Positions 49,350 through 60,055 of a stretch of DNA of 64,000 nucleotides are shown piece by piece. Numbering within the stretch: position 1 is the first letter of the stretch; each line of letters starts with the position of its first letter. A program made the position numbers and the translations under genes. The notes below the pieces were generated by a model. That model saw nothing but the letters and a program-made list of their open reading frames with translations, had not been told where the DNA came from and did not search any database. This DNA comes from an uncultured Prevotellaceae bacterium (GTDB lineage Bacteria > Bacteroidota > Bacteroidia > Bacteroidales > Muribaculaceae). The stretch covers positions 3,527-67,526 of the forward strand of contig ONIL01000007.1 in the NCBI GenBank assembly GCA_900317835.1, written 5' to 3'.

Positions 49350-51473
49350 ATGAAAAAGTTTTTATTCACCGTTCTTGCCCTTGCAGCCCTGGTGCTCGTG
49401 AGCTGCAGCGAGAAAAAAACAGCCGAGAACAATCCTTTTATGTCAGACTATGCCAACGAGTACGGTATTCCACCGTTTGACAAGATTTCTTATGCCGACT
49501 ACGAGCCCGCCGTTGACGCTGGCATCGAGCAGCAGAACGCCGAGATTGATTCCATCATCAAGAATACGGCCGAACCCAACTTCGAGAACACCATTCTGGC
49601 CCTGGACAACAGCGGCGAGATCCTGAGCAAGGTCGCAGGTGTAATGTATGCCTTGAGCGAGAGTGACAACACCCCGGAAATGCAGAAAATCTCTGAGACC
49701 TTGATGCCTAAACTGACGGCCCAGAGCGATGCCATGTACATGAACGACAGTCTGTTCACTAAAGTGAAGACCGTTTATGACAACGCCGACAAGCTGGGTA
49801 TGGATCCCATCCAGAAGCGCCTCACTGAGAAGTACTACAAGAAATTTGTGCGCAACGGTGCCCTCTTGACCGCTGCTCAGAAGGACAGCCTTAAGGAAAT
49901 CAACCGCAAGCTGGGTGAATTCAACCTCAAGTTTGGTAACAACATTCAGCATGATTTGAGCGAATGTGTCTTCTTTGTTGATAACAAGGACGAACTCGCA
50001 GGCCTTCCCGAGACCATCATCGAGAACGCTGCCAAGCTCGCTGAAGAGAAGGGCAAGAAGGGCCAGTGGGCATTCAATGCCATCGCCGCTACCCGCCTTC
50101 CCGTGTTGACCTATGCCGACAGCCGCGACCTGCGCCGCAAGATGTACGAGACCTACACGTCCACCGCCAACCACGGTGATCAGTGGGACAACAGCGAGAA
50201 CATCCGCAACATCCTGCTCCTGCGTCAGCAGAAGGCTAACTTGCTCGGTTTCAACACCTATGCCGACTATGCAACTGATCCCTACATGGCTAAAACCCCC
50301 AAGGCTGCCGAGGATCTTCTCATGCAACTGTGGCGTCCCGCCATCAAGAAGGTTGATGAGGAAGTTGCCGATATGCAGAAGTATGCTGCTGCCCACGGTG
50401 ACACCGCTAAGATCGAGGCTTGTGACTATTACTACTATGCCGAGAAGGTGAAGAAGGAAAAATTCAACTTCAGCGAGGATGACGTGCGTCCTTATTTCGC
50501 TCTCGACAGCGTGGTGAAGAATGGTATCTTCTATGCCGCCAACAAGCTCTACGGCCTCACCTTTGAGGAGATGCCTGATGCGCCCAAGTACAACCCCGAG
50601 GTTAAGGTGTATGACGTGAAGGATGCCGAGGGCAAGCACCTCGCCGTCTTCATGACCGACTACCTGCCCCGTCCCGTCAAGAGCCCCGGCGCATGGATGA
50701 ATGCCATGCAGGAAGCTCACAACTATGCTGGCGAAAACGTACGTCCCATCATTTACAATGTGGGTAACATGGCTATGCCCTCAGGCGACACCCCCTCACT
50801 GCTCACTTGGGATGACGTGCAGACTGTCTTCCATGAGTTTGGTCATGCCCTCCATGGTATGCTGACCCGCGTGCAGTATCGTGGTCTGGCCGGCACCAAC
50901 ACCGACCGTGACCTTGTTGAGATGCCCTCACAGATCAACGAGCACTGGGCATTTGAGCCTGAGGTATTGAAGAACTACGCCCGCCACTACAAGACTGGTG
51001 AGGTGATTCCTGACAGCCTGGTGAAGAAGCTCAACGAGAGCGCACAGTTCAACATGGGCTTCATGACCACCGAGCTGGTGGGTGCTGCTCTCATGGACAT
51101 GTACTGGCACAAGAAGGCTTGGACTCCTGAGGAGGTGAAGAACATCGACGTGAAGGCCTTTGAGCAGGACGTGAAGAACCAACTCAACATGCCCGCCCTC
51201 GTCGAGTTCCGCTATCGCAGCCCCTACTTCAAGCACGTCTTTGCCAGTGACGAGTATGCTTGCGGTTACTACACCTACCTGTGGTCACAGGTGCTGGAGG
51301 CTGACGGCTACCTGGCATTTGAAAAAGCCGGTTGCTTCGATAAGGCTACTGCCGATGCCTATCGTGCTCTCCTCGAGGCTGGTGACACCGAGGATCCCAT
51401 GGTGCTCTACAAGAAGTTCCGTGGCCAGGCTCCCACTGTCGACGCCCTGCTGCGCAACCGTGGCCTGAAGTAA
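49350..51473 (+). CDS. dcp: M3 family metallopeptidase (peptidyl-dipeptidase Dcp), lipoprotein
   Basis: NNPF, FHEFGHALHG zinc motif, EMPSQINEHW, GYYTYLWS; lipobox LVSC. Confidence 0.92.
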   Translation: MKKFLFTVLALAALVLVSCSEKKTAENNPFMSDYANEYGIPPFDKISYADYEPAVDAGIEQQNAEIDSIIKNTAEPNFENTILALDNSGEILSKVAGVMYALSESDNTPEMQKISETLMPKLTAQSDAMYMNDSLFTKVKTVYDNADKLGMDPIQKRLTEKYYKKFVRNGALLTAAQKDSLKEINRKLGEFNLKFGNNIQHDLSECVFFVDNKDELAGLPETIIENAAKLAEEKGKKGQWAFNAIAATRLPVLTYADSRDLRRKMYETYTSTANHGDQWDNSENIRNILLLRQQKANLLGFNTYADYATDPYMAKTPKAAEDLLMQLWRPAIKKVDEEVADMQKYAAAHGDTAKIEACDYYYYAEKVKKEKFNFSEDDVRPYFALDSVVKNGIFYAANKLYGLTFEEMPDAPKYNPEVKVYDVKDAEGKHLAVFMTDYLPRPVKSPGAWMNAMQEAHNYAGENVRPIIYNVGNMAMPSGDTPSLLTWDDVQTVFHEFGHALHGMLTRVQYRGLAGTNTDRDLVEMPSQINEHWAFEPEVLKNYARHYKTGEVIPDSLVKKLNESAQFNMGFMTTELVGAALMDMYWHKKAWTPEEVKNIDVKAFEQDVKNQLNMPALVEFRYRSPYFKHVFASDEYACGYYTYLWSQVLEADGYLAFEKAGCFDKATADAYRALLEAGDTEDPMVLYKKFRGQAPTVDALLRNRGLK

Positions 51474-51505
51474 TCAGCTCGCTCTGTTATTATTAGATTT
51501 CACAC

Positions 51506-51544
51506 TTATCGGGGTCTTGTCGGCTGTTGACAAGACCCCGATAA
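51506..51544. terminator. 16-bp perfect hairpin terminator after dcp
   Basis: TTATCGGGGTCTTGTC / GACAAGACCCCGATAA. Confidence 0.8.
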
Positions 51545-51654
51545 TATAAATACTCAAGTTTTTCGGCAGATGGATGGGTTATTTGTGGATTTTGTGTAAC
51601 TTTGCAGGTTAATAAGTGAGATTATCATTACAAAAAAGATACATTGAATATAAT

Positions 51655-53376
51655 ATGGCGGAGAATTTAGAGAACATCAACGCTGGGGGCGAGGAGAAGA
51701 AGCCCTTGAACTTTGTGCAGCAAATTGTGGCCGATGACTTGGCCGCTGGTAAGAATGGCGGACGCTTGAACACGCGTTTTCCGCCAGAGCCTAATGGTTA
51801 CCTGCACATCGGTCATGCCAAAGCCATTTGCATGGACTTTGGCGTTGCCGAGAAGTTTGGAGGTACGTGCAACCTGCGCTTTGACGACACCAACCCACAG
51901 AAGGAAGATACTGAGTATGTCGAGGCCATCATGCGCGACATCCACTGGCTGGGCTATGACTGGGCCGACAGGCTTTACTATGCCAGCGACTATTTCCCCA
52001 AACTGTATGAGTTCGCCATCCGCCTGATCAAGGAGGGTAAGGCCTATGTTGACGACCAGACGAGCGAGCAGATTGCTCAGCAGAAGGGCACCCCCACCAC
52101 TCCTGGCACCAATAGCCCCTATCGTGACCGCACGATCGAAGAGAACCTGGACCTGTTCCAGCGGATGAATGCTGGCGAGTTTGACGAGGGTAGCCGCGTC
52201 TTGCGCGCCAAGATTGACATGGCCTCGAGCAACATGCACTTCCGCGACCCGATCATCTACCGCATCATCAAGACGCCGCACTGGCGCACTGGCAACCAGT
52301 GGAACGTGTACCCGATGTACGACTTCGCACACGGCCAGAGCGACTACTTCGAGGGCGTGACCCACTCGATTTGCACCCTGGAGTTTGTGCCTCACCGCGA
52401 CCTGTATGATTACTTCGTCCACGAGCTGGCCGGGGAGAGCGCATCTGAGTACTGCCCCCGCCAGATTGAGTTCAACCGCCTGAACCTCACCTATACTGTG
52501 ATGAGCAAGCGCAAACTGCTGCAACTCGTCAAGGAAGGTCTCGTTGCTGGCTGGGACGACCCGCGCATGCCCACGCTGTGCGGCCTGCGTCGTCGCGGTT
52601 ACACCCCACAGTCCATCAAGAACTTTATCGAGGACATCGGCTATACCAAATATGAGGCGCTGAATGACATCAGCCTGCTGGAGCACTCCATCCGTGAAGA
52701 ACTGAACCACCACGCTAACCGCGTGAGCGCAGTGATCAACCCCGTCAAGGTGGTCATTACCAACTATCCCGAAGATAAGGTTGAGATGATGGAGATGGAC
52801 AACAATCCCGAGCAGGAGAATGCCGGCACCCACCAGATGCCGTTCTCGCGCGAAATCTATATTGAGCGTGACGACTTCATGGAGGAGCCGCCCAAAAAAT
52901 TCTTCCGTCTCACACCAGGCAAGGAAGTACGCCTCAAGGGTGCCTACATCATCATGTGCACCGGCTGCACCAAAGATGCTGATGGTAACGTGACTGAAAT
53001 TCAGTGCACCTATGACCCTGACACACTGAGCGGCAGCGCCGGCAGTCAACGCAAGGTCAAGGGTACGCTCCACTGGGTGAGTGCCCGTCACTGTGTTGAC
53101 GCCGAAGTCAGGCTCTACGACCGATTGTTTGCCGTCGAGAATCCAAGCGCCGACACCGAGCATGACTTCCGCGAACTGTTGAATCCTGATTCACTGCGGG
53201 TGATTACCGATGCCAGAATCGAGCCTTTCCTGGCCCAGAACGCCAAGGTGGGCAACACTTTCCAGTTCCAACGCATCGGCTACTTCTGCGTCGATGAGGA
53301 CTCAACACCCGAGAAACTTGTCTTCAACCGCACTATCGGCCTGAAAGACAGCTGGGCCAAGCAACAAGGCAAGTAA
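51655..53376 (+). CDS. glnS: Glutamine--tRNA ligase
   Basis: [38 protein letters not shown]. Confidence 0.98.
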   Translation: MAENLENINAGGEEKKPLNFVQQIVADDLAAGKNGGRLNTRFPPEPNGYLHIGHAKAICMDFGVAEKFGGTCNLRFDDTNPQKEDTEYVEAIMRDIHWLGYDWADRLYYASDYFPKLYEFAIRLIKEGKAYVDDQTSEQIAQQKGTPTTPGTNSPYRDRTIEENLDLFQRMNAGEFDEGSRVLRAKIDMASSNMHFRDPIIYRIIKTPHWRTGNQWNVYPMYDFAHGQSDYFEGVTHSICTLEFVPHRDLYDYFVHELAGESASEYCPRQIEFNRLNLTYTVMSKRKLLQLVKEGLVAGWDDPRMPTLCGLRRRGYTPQSIKNFIEDIGYTKYEALNDISLLEHSIREELNHHANRVSAVINPVKVVITNYPEDKVEMMEMDNNPEQENAGTHQMPFSREIYIERDDFMEEPPKKFFRLTPGKEVRLKGAYIIMCTGCTKDADGNVTEIQCTYDPDTLSGSAGSQRKVKGTLHWVSARHCVDAEVRLYDRLFAVENPSADTEHDFRELLNPDSLRVITDARIEPFLAQNAKVGNTFQFQRIGYFCVDEDSTPEKLVFNRTIGLKDSWAKQQGK

Positions 53377-53396
53377 GCAATTGCAACTTAACCAAG

Positions 53397-53999
53397 ATGA
53401 GCCTATCAAAGGAACAAATACTGAAGAACCGCGAGCAGCAGGAAAATGATATCGTCCAATGCCTCAAGACATTGAGCGCGGGCGGGCTGATTCTCTACCC
53501 CACCGACACGGTGTGGGGTATCGGTTGTGACGCGACCAACGCCGAGGCTGTCAAACGGGTCTATCAACTCAAGCAACGCGACGACAGCAAGGCGCTCATC
53601 GTGCTCATCGACAATGCCGACCACCTGGACCACTATGTGGTCGATGTGCCAATGATCGCCCGTGAACTTATCGATGTAGCGGTCAAACCGCTGACCATCA
53701 TCTATGAGGGTGCATACAACCTGGCAAAGAACGTGCTAGGAGATGAGGACAGTGTGGGCATTCGCATTCCAAACGACGAATTCTGTCATCGCCTGTGTGA
53801 GCGTTATGGCAAGCCCATCGTGTCCACCTCGGCCAACGTCAGCGGCAAGCCCACAGCCAGGACCTTTGCCGACATCGACCCAGCCATCGTTGATGGCGTG
53901 GACTATGCCGTCGAGTACCGTCGTGGCGAGAAGACACCTCACCAACCCTCCAATATCATCCTGTTGAGCCGCGACGGCACATTCAAAATCATCAGATAA
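53397..53999 (+). CDS. tsaC: L-threonylcarbamoyladenylate synthase (Sua5/YrdC)
   Basis: ILYPTDTVWGIGCDA, LKQR..SKAL, VGIRIP, IVSTSANVSG. Confidence 0.93.
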   Translation: MSLSKEQILKNREQQENDIVQCLKTLSAGGLILYPTDTVWGIGCDATNAEAVKRVYQLKQRDDSKALIVLIDNADHLDHYVVDVPMIARELIDVAVKPLTIIYEGAYNLAKNVLGDEDSVGIRIPNDEFCHRLCERYGKPIVSTSANVSGKPTARTFADIDPAIVDGVDYAVEYRRGEKTPHQPSNIILLSRDGTFKIIR

Positions 54000-54003
54000 C
54001 GTT

Positions 54004-55440
54004 ATGAAAATCAGGTTAGACATCAAAAACAGGGCACATCGCCAACGCATCAAGTATGTGGTGGGCGACTTCGTGATGTCCAACCTTGCCTGGTTCACCT
54101 ACAATATCGTGCGTTACCAGATGGGTAATGTTGCGGGCTATGAGCACCTGTCGAGTTACTTGACCAGCAAGATTGTGTTGCTGGGTCAGGTGTTTTTCCC
54201 CTTGATGATGATGGTGACCTACGCCTTCAGCGGTTACTACAACAATGTGTGCCGCAAGTCACGCGTTCAGGAACTGCTCACCACAGCCGCCAGCTCGGCC
54301 ATCAACACGTTGCTCATCTTTTTCCTGGCACTCATCAACGATGTCATTGGCGTCCGTGGTCTTGACTACGAGATGATTTTCATCCTTTGGGCATTGTTGT
54401 TCGGCTTCGTCTATGCCGTGCGCCTCTTTATCACCAACAGGGCCACCAAACGCATCAATACGCGCCAATGGACATTCCCGACATTGATTATCGGTAGCGG
54501 CTCGGCGGCACTAGCGTTTGCCGAAAAATTGAACAAGATGCGCAATTCATCGGGCTATGACATCAAGGGCTTTGTCAACATTCCTGGCGAAAATCCTGCC
54601 AAGGGCAACCACTTGCCCTGTTATGACCTGGATATGATCAAGGATGTGTGCGAGAAAGAGGGAATTTGGGAACTCATTGTGGTACCCACCCGCGATGATT
54701 TCCACCAGACTATGAATGCCATCAACCACCTGTTTGCCTTGGGCTTGCCCATCAAGGTCTCACCCGACCGCTTCAACATGATGCAAAGCCAGGTGCGCAT
54801 TTCAGACATCTATGGCGAGCCATTGGTCAATATCTCCAACAGCAGTATGAGTGACAGCGGCAAGAACATCAAGCGGGCCATCGACGTCGTCTTCTCGATC
54901 ATCGCGTTGATTGTCCTCCTTCCCGTCTATGCTGTCATTGCACTCATCATCAAGCGTACCAGCCCTGGTCCGGTTTTTTATAAGCAAGAACGCATCGGCT
55001 TGCACAATAAACCATTCAAAATCATCAAGTTCCGATCCATGGTACAAGATGCAGAGGTGGCCGGCAAGCCTCAGTTGTCCTCTGACAACGATCCGCGCAT
55101 CACACCCTTTGGTCGCTTCATGCGCAAGTACCGCATCGACGAGCTGCCCCAATTCTGGAACGTTCTTATGGGAGACATGTCAATTGTGGGTCCCCGTCCC
55201 GAGCGCAAGTACTATGTCGACCTCATCACCCAGCGGGTACCCGCTTATGCCCTGCTACACCAGGTGCGTCCAGGCATCACCTCAATGGGCATGGTGAAAT
55301 TTGGCTATGCCAAGAATGTCGATGAAATGGTCGAGCGTGTCAAGTACGACCTGATGTACCTTGACAACATGTCGTTGCTCAACGACTTGAAGATACTCAT
55401 CTACACAATTAAAATCGTCTTTACCGGACGCGGCATGTGA
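54004..55440 (+). CDS. Undecaprenyl-phosphate sugar phosphotransferase (WcaJ/WbaP family)
   Basis: KRAID, FYKQERIG, KFRSM, DPRITPFG, DELPQFWNVL.GDMSIVGPRPE, RPGIT. Confidence 0.93.
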   Translation: MKIRLDIKNRAHRQRIKYVVGDFVMSNLAWFTYNIVRYQMGNVAGYEHLSSYLTSKIVLLGQVFFPLMMMVTYAFSGYYNNVCRKSRVQELLTTAASSAINTLLIFFLALINDVIGVRGLDYEMIFILWALLFGFVYAVRLFITNRATKRINTRQWTFPTLIIGSGSAALAFAEKLNKMRNSSGYDIKGFVNIPGENPAKGNHLPCYDLDMIKDVCEKEGIWELIVVPTRDDFHQTMNAINHLFALGLPIKVSPDRFNMMQSQVRISDIYGEPLVNISNSSMSDSGKNIKRAIDVVFSIIALIVLLPVYAVIALIIKRTSPGPVFYKQERIGLHNKPFKIIKFRSMVQDAEVAGKPQLSSDNDPRITPFGRFMRKYRIDELPQFWNVLMGDMSIVGPRPERKYYVDLITQRVPAYALLHQVRPGITSMGMVKFGYAKNVDEMVERVKYDLMYLDNMSLLNDLKILIYTIKIVFTGRGM

Positions 55441-57278
55441 TGGCACGAGGAATTGCTTCAACACGTCCCAGCACAGCCAGTGACTCTCCCGAGGGGGGCA
55501 ACTGGTGGATTAGACTGCTCGTTTGGCGCGAGCGGCACATCCCCGACAAGACTTTTGTCATCTTGCTCGCCCTCATCGTGGGCATTGCCGCCGGACTGGC
55601 GGCGGTATTGCTGAAGACGCTCATCGGATTGATAGCGGGCTTCCTGACAAGCCGCTTCGACATCGAGCGGGACAACCTGCTCTACCTCGTCTTCCCCGCC
55701 ATCGGTATCCTGCTGGCAAGCCTATATGTCTATTACATCGCACGTGAGCCCATTTCGCATGGTGTGACACGTGTGCTCTATGCACTGGCGTTGAAGAAGA
55801 GCCGCCTCAAGATCCACAACATGTATTCGTCGCTCATTGCTTCATCGGTGACCATCGGGTTCGGTGGTTCGGTCGGTGCCGAGGGTCCTATCGTGTTCAC
55901 GGGCGCTGCCATCGGCAGCAACCTGGGGCAGGCATTCAGGCTTACCCCCCAGAAGCTTGCCATGCTTGTGGCATGTGGCGCGGCAGCGGGCATCGCCGGC
56001 ATCTTCAAGGCCCCCATTGCCGGCATGCTGTTCACCATCGAGGTGCTCATGATGGATCTCACGGCGGGAGCAGCCATCCCACTGATTACCGCATCGGTGG
56101 CTGGTGCGACAGTAGCCTATGTGTTCACGGGTTATAATGTCGAGTTCTTCTTCTCACAGAGTGAGCCGTTCTTTGCCTCCCGCATCCCGTTTGTATTGCT
56201 CCTTGGCGTGTTTTGCGGCTTTGTCTCGCTCTATTTCATCACCCTTATCGACAGTGTGGAACGTGGATTCAAGCGCTTGCGCAACCGTTGGGTCAGGTGG
56301 GCCGTGGGTGGCATTACCCTGAGTCTGCTCATCTACCTGATGCCACCGCTCTACGGTGAGGGTTACGAGGGCATTTCCCGATTGATTAACGGCGACGTGA
56401 CAGGTATCTTCAACAACAGCCTGTTCTATGCCTACCGCAACAATACGGTGGCAGTGCTGATGTTCATATTCGCGTTGGGAGCCTTTAAGGTGTTTGCTAC
56501 AGCTGCTACCAACGGCGGTGGTGGCGTGGGTGGAACGTTTGCACCGTCACTTTTCGTGGGTGTGATGGCAGGCGTGTTTTTTGCCTACCTGTTCAATAAC
56601 CTAGGTTTCATCGACCCCGATACACCGCTCAGTATCAAGAATTTTGCCCTTATGGGCATGGCGGGTGTCATGGCGGGCGTCATGCATGCGCCGTTGATGG
56701 CCATCTTCCTTGCTGCCGAAATGACTGGCGGCTACGACTTGTTCCTGCCATTGCTCATCGTGTCGGCTAGCAGCTATGGCGTGTGCCGCATTTTCACTCC
56801 TTACGGCATCTACTCACGCCGTCTTGCCAAGCGCGGTGAACTGCTCACCCACCAGAAGGACCGCTCCGTCCTCACCTTGCTCAAGATGGATAGCGTGATC
56901 GAAAAGGACTTTTCCATTGTCCACCCTGACATGAGTCTCAAAGACATGGTTGACATCATTGCCCAGAGCCATCGCAACCTATTCCCTGTCACCGATGACG
57001 AGGGCCTGTTGCTGGGAGTGGTGCAACTCGATGATATCCGCAACATCATGTTCCGTCCTGACCTGTACAGGCGCATGAACGTCAACCGCTTTATGGCCAC
57101 ACCACCCGCCAAAGTTGTTGTCGGAACGCCCATGGAGAAAGTCATGAGGACCTTTGACGACACTGGAGCCTGGAACCTTCCCGTCATTGACGAGGACGGC
57201 AAGTATGTGGGCTTTGTGTCCAAGAGCAAAATATTCAACAGCTACCGCCAGGTGCTCAAGCACTATACCTACGATTAA
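55440..57278 (+). CDS. ClC chloride channel/antiporter with CBS domains
   Basis: SHGV, GSVGAEGP, GIFKAPIAG, GGTFAPSLFVG, two C-terminal CBS domains. Confidence 0.93.
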   Translation: MARGIASTRPSTASDSPEGGNWWIRLLVWRERHIPDKTFVILLALIVGIAAGLAAVLLKTLIGLIAGFLTSRFDIERDNLLYLVFPAIGILLASLYVYYIAREPISHGVTRVLYALALKKSRLKIHNMYSSLIASSVTIGFGGSVGAEGPIVFTGAAIGSNLGQAFRLTPQKLAMLVACGAAAGIAGIFKAPIAGMLFTIEVLMMDLTAGAAIPLITASVAGATVAYVFTGYNVEFFFSQSEPFFASRIPFVLLLGVFCGFVSLYFITLIDSVERGFKRLRNRWVRWAVGGITLSLLIYLMPPLYGEGYEGISRLINGDVTGIFNNSLFYAYRNNTVAVLMFIFALGAFKVFATAATNGGGGVGGTFAPSLFVGVMAGVFFAYLFNNLGFIDPDTPLSIKNFALMGMAGVMAGVMHAPLMAIFLAAEMTGGYDLFLPLLIVSASSYGVCRIFTPYGIYSRRLAKRGELLTHQKDRSVLTLLKMDSVIEKDFSIVHPDMSLKDMVDIIAQSHRNLFPVTDDEGLLLGVVQLDDIRNIMFRPDLYRRMNVNRFMATPPAKVVVGTPMEKVMRTFDDTGAWNLPVIDEDGKYVGFVSKSKIFNSYRQVLKHYTYD

Positions 57279-57288
57279 ACTTTTGGTC

Positions 57289-59040
57289 ATGAAAAGAATT
57301 ACTTTACTATTGTCACTGATTACCGCTGTGTTGGTGCCTGTTTCGGCACAGACAACAAGCGAACCGTCTTCTACCGATGAAACCATACTCAGCGCCGATT
57401 CTTTAACAATCGTTGTTGATGAAATGGACTCGGAAATAACTGTTAGTGAGACTGCGCCCGTTAATGCCATTGACACGCTTTCGGAACAATCAATGGCCGA
57501 GCAATTATCAGGAATAGAATACAGCCTTGATGCTAATCTGTTCCGCGAGTACAACGGCCCTGATTTTCATTTCCTGAAGAACACTACCAACCCTGCTGCA
57601 CAACGATATACTTTCTTGAATGACCAGACGTGGGTGGGTATTCCGGTATTCCTTGCAGGTTGGGCTATAAAAGGAGAGAAAGAGGCTTTTCGCCAAAACT
57701 ACAAGAACAAGAACACCAAAATCCGTCTCATCAAGTATGACTTTCACACCGAGATTGACAACTACACGCAGTTTGCTGGCATCGGCTTGACTGTCGGGCT
57801 CAAACTTGCTGGCGTTGAGGGCCGCTCCAGCTGGCCTCGTTTGGCTGCTTCATCTTTAGCCTCCTATGCCGTGATGGCTGCCTTTGTCAATGGCATCAAA
57901 TACACTGCCAGCGAGCTGCGGCCTGATGGCTCCACGCACAACTCCTGGCCCTCAGGACACACGGCAACTGCTTTTGTCGGCGCCACCATCCTGCACAAGG
58001 AATATGGCTTGACGCGCTCGCCATGGTATTCCATTGCCGGTTATACGGTAGCCACCGCCACTGGTGTGATGCGTGTGCTGAACAACCGTCACTGGATCAG
58101 TGACGTGCTGTCGGGTGCCGGCATCGGTATCCTCTCCACCGAGTTGGCCTACGGTATATGCGACCTGTTGTTCAAGAACAGAGGCCTGTTGATGAACGAC
58201 CTCAGTACCCATGTCGACCTTAGCAAGAATCCTTCGTTCTTCTCCATCTCGATGGGCGTAGGTTTTGGTAACAAAAACTTGACTTTGCCACCTTTTGACT
58301 TTGAAGGCTATGGAGAAGGTCATGACAATCAGCCCATGTACCTCCAGTTCGGTAACGCCACTGCAGTGGGAGCCGAAGCGGCCTACTTCTTCAATCGATA
58401 CGTTGGCGTTGGTGCACGACTGCGTGTAAAAGCCACCCCAATCAAGAAATGGTCATCGTTTGCCACCGAGGAGGAGGGTGTCATGAGAGAGCATATTTTG
58501 GAAACCGAACTTAAGGATGGTATCTCAGACCTTAAATTGTTCGTCGAGAGTGACCACCTCACAGAATTTGCTGCCGATGCGGGTTTATACATCAACGTGC
58601 CGTTTTCCTCACGGTTGGCTGTTGGTACCAAAATACTTGTTGGTCGCAGTGTGATGGACGACGTCGATGTGGATGGTCACATCGTGGGCTATAAGATGAA
58701 GATGGTGAATGGTCACTATGTCAAAACAGACGAAGCCATTGACGAGAAGTGGGATTACATTAACTTAAAAGCTTCGAACTCATACAAATTTGGTTCTGGT
58801 TTCTCGGTTACCTATTCCTACAAAAATTCCTTCTCATGGCGTTTGTTCTTGGACTATGATTATACGTCTAAGACTTATACCGCTTATTATTCCCCGCTTG
58901 CTTTTATCAAGGATTTTGCCCCCAAGGTTCTTGAACAATTTAATAGTGATGAATTTGACCCATCCAGGACGTATGCTTCCAGTGCTAACAAGCAGCTGCA
59001 CCAGTGGGTGCTCGGCGGGGCCTTGTGCGTTTCATTTTAG
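57289..59040 (+). CDS. PAP2 family phosphatase fused to a C-terminal beta-barrel-like domain
   Basis: SPI; KYTASELRPD, WPSGHT, RVLNNRHWISDV PAP2 motifs; C-terminal beta-strands ending GGALCVSF. Confidence 0.82.
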   Translation: MKRITLLLSLITAVLVPVSAQTTSEPSSTDETILSADSLTIVVDEMDSEITVSETAPVNAIDTLSEQSMAEQLSGIEYSLDANLFREYNGPDFHFLKNTTNPAAQRYTFLNDQTWVGIPVFLAGWAIKGEKEAFRQNYKNKNTKIRLIKYDFHTEIDNYTQFAGIGLTVGLKLAGVEGRSSWPRLAASSLASYAVMAAFVNGIKYTASELRPDGSTHNSWPSGHTATAFVGATILHKEYGLTRSPWYSIAGYTVATATGVMRVLNNRHWISDVLSGAGIGILSTELAYGICDLLFKNRGLLMNDLSTHVDLSKNPSFFSISMGVGFGNKNLTLPPFDFEGYGEGHDNQPMYLQFGNATAVGAEAAYFFNRYVGVGARLRVKATPIKKWSSFATEEEGVMREHILETELKDGISDLKLFVESDHLTEFAADAGLYINVPFSSRLAVGTKILVGRSVMDDVDVDGHIVGYKMKMVNGHYVKTDEAIDEKWDYINLKASNSYKFGSGFSVTYSYKNSFSWRLFLDYDYTSKTYTAYYSPLAFIKDFAPKVLEQFNSDEFDPSRTYASSANKQLHQWVLGGALCVSF

Positions 59041-59068
59041 TTAGGAGTTAGAAAATAATCAAGCAATT

Positions 59069-60046
59069 ATGGCTAAAGAGGATTTGAAAATCATATTTTT
59101 CGGGACGCCCGACTTTGCTGTTGAGAGCCTGAGCCGACTGGTGGACGGCGGCTATAACGTAGTTGCAGTGGTCACCATGCCCGACAAACCAGCTGGACGC
59201 GGGCGCCAGTTGCAAGAGAGTGACGTGAAACGCTATGCCGTTGAACATGGTCTGCCCGTGTTGCAACCCGTCAGTCTCAAGGACGAAGCGTTTATCCAAC
59301 AGCTGCAATCATTTCAAGCCCAGCTGTTCATCGTCATTGCCTTCAGGATGCTACCCGAGGCCGTGTGGCAGATGCCGCCACTGGGCACATTCAACCTGCA
59401 TGCCTCGCTGCTGCCCCGCTACCGCGGTGCCGCCCCCATCAATTGGGCCGTCATGAACGGCGACACCGAGACGGGTGTAACCACTTTCTTCCTCAAACAT
59501 GAGATTGACACGGGTGACGTCATCCAACAACGAAGCTGCCCCATTGGCCGCCAGGAAAACGTGGAGGACATCCACGACCGTCTGATGGAGATGGGTGCCG
59601 ATATGGTACTCGAGACCGTTGATGCCATCATCGATGGCACCGTCAAGCCCATTCCTCAAGACCAGATGCTCACAGCCGGGCAACAACCCACGCCAGCGCC
59701 TAAAATCTTCAAGGACACCTGTCGCATCGACTGGAATCGGCCTGCCGAGCAACTCTATAACCACATCCGCGGCCTGTCACCCTACCCTGCCGCTTGGACA
59801 ATTCTGAAAGATGAGAAGGACAACGAGACTTCCATCAAAATCTTCCAGACCAGCGAGCCCCAACCATTCTCAGGAAACGAGAAGCCCGCCTCAGGCGCAA
59901 TCCAGGCCGACCGCAAGACCCTGCGCGTCGCCGGCGCTGATGGCTGGCTACAGATTCTCTCCTTGCAGCAATCGGGCAAGAAACGCATGGATACTGATGC
60001 CTTTCTGCGCGGTTTCACCATCACATCGGGCACCCGTTTCGTTTGA
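59069..60046 (+). CDS. fmt: Methionyl-tRNA formyltransferase
   Basis: IIFFGTPDFA, VVTMPDKPAGRG, FNLHASLLPRYRGAAPI. Confidence 0.97.
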   Translation: MAKEDLKIIFFGTPDFAVESLSRLVDGGYNVVAVVTMPDKPAGRGRQLQESDVKRYAVEHGLPVLQPVSLKDEAFIQQLQSFQAQLFIVIAFRMLPEAVWQMPPLGTFNLHASLLPRYRGAAPINWAVMNGDTETGVTTFFLKHEIDTGDVIQQRSCPIGRQENVEDIHDRLMEMGADMVLETVDAIIDGTVKPIPQDQMLTAGQQPTPAPKIFKDTCRIDWNRPAEQLYNHIRGLSPYPAAWTILKDEKDNETSIKIFQTSEPQPFSGNEKPASGAIQADRKTLRVAGADGWLQILSLQQSGKKRMDTDAFLRGFTITSGTRFV

Positions 60047-60055
60047 GTTCACTAA

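Noticed and set aside
51667-53163. Long antisense ORFs (this one, 14204-15385, 49443-50720, 12777-13550 and many others)
   Set aside because: Shadow frames of GC3-rich genes on the opposite strand; no motifs, signals or promoters
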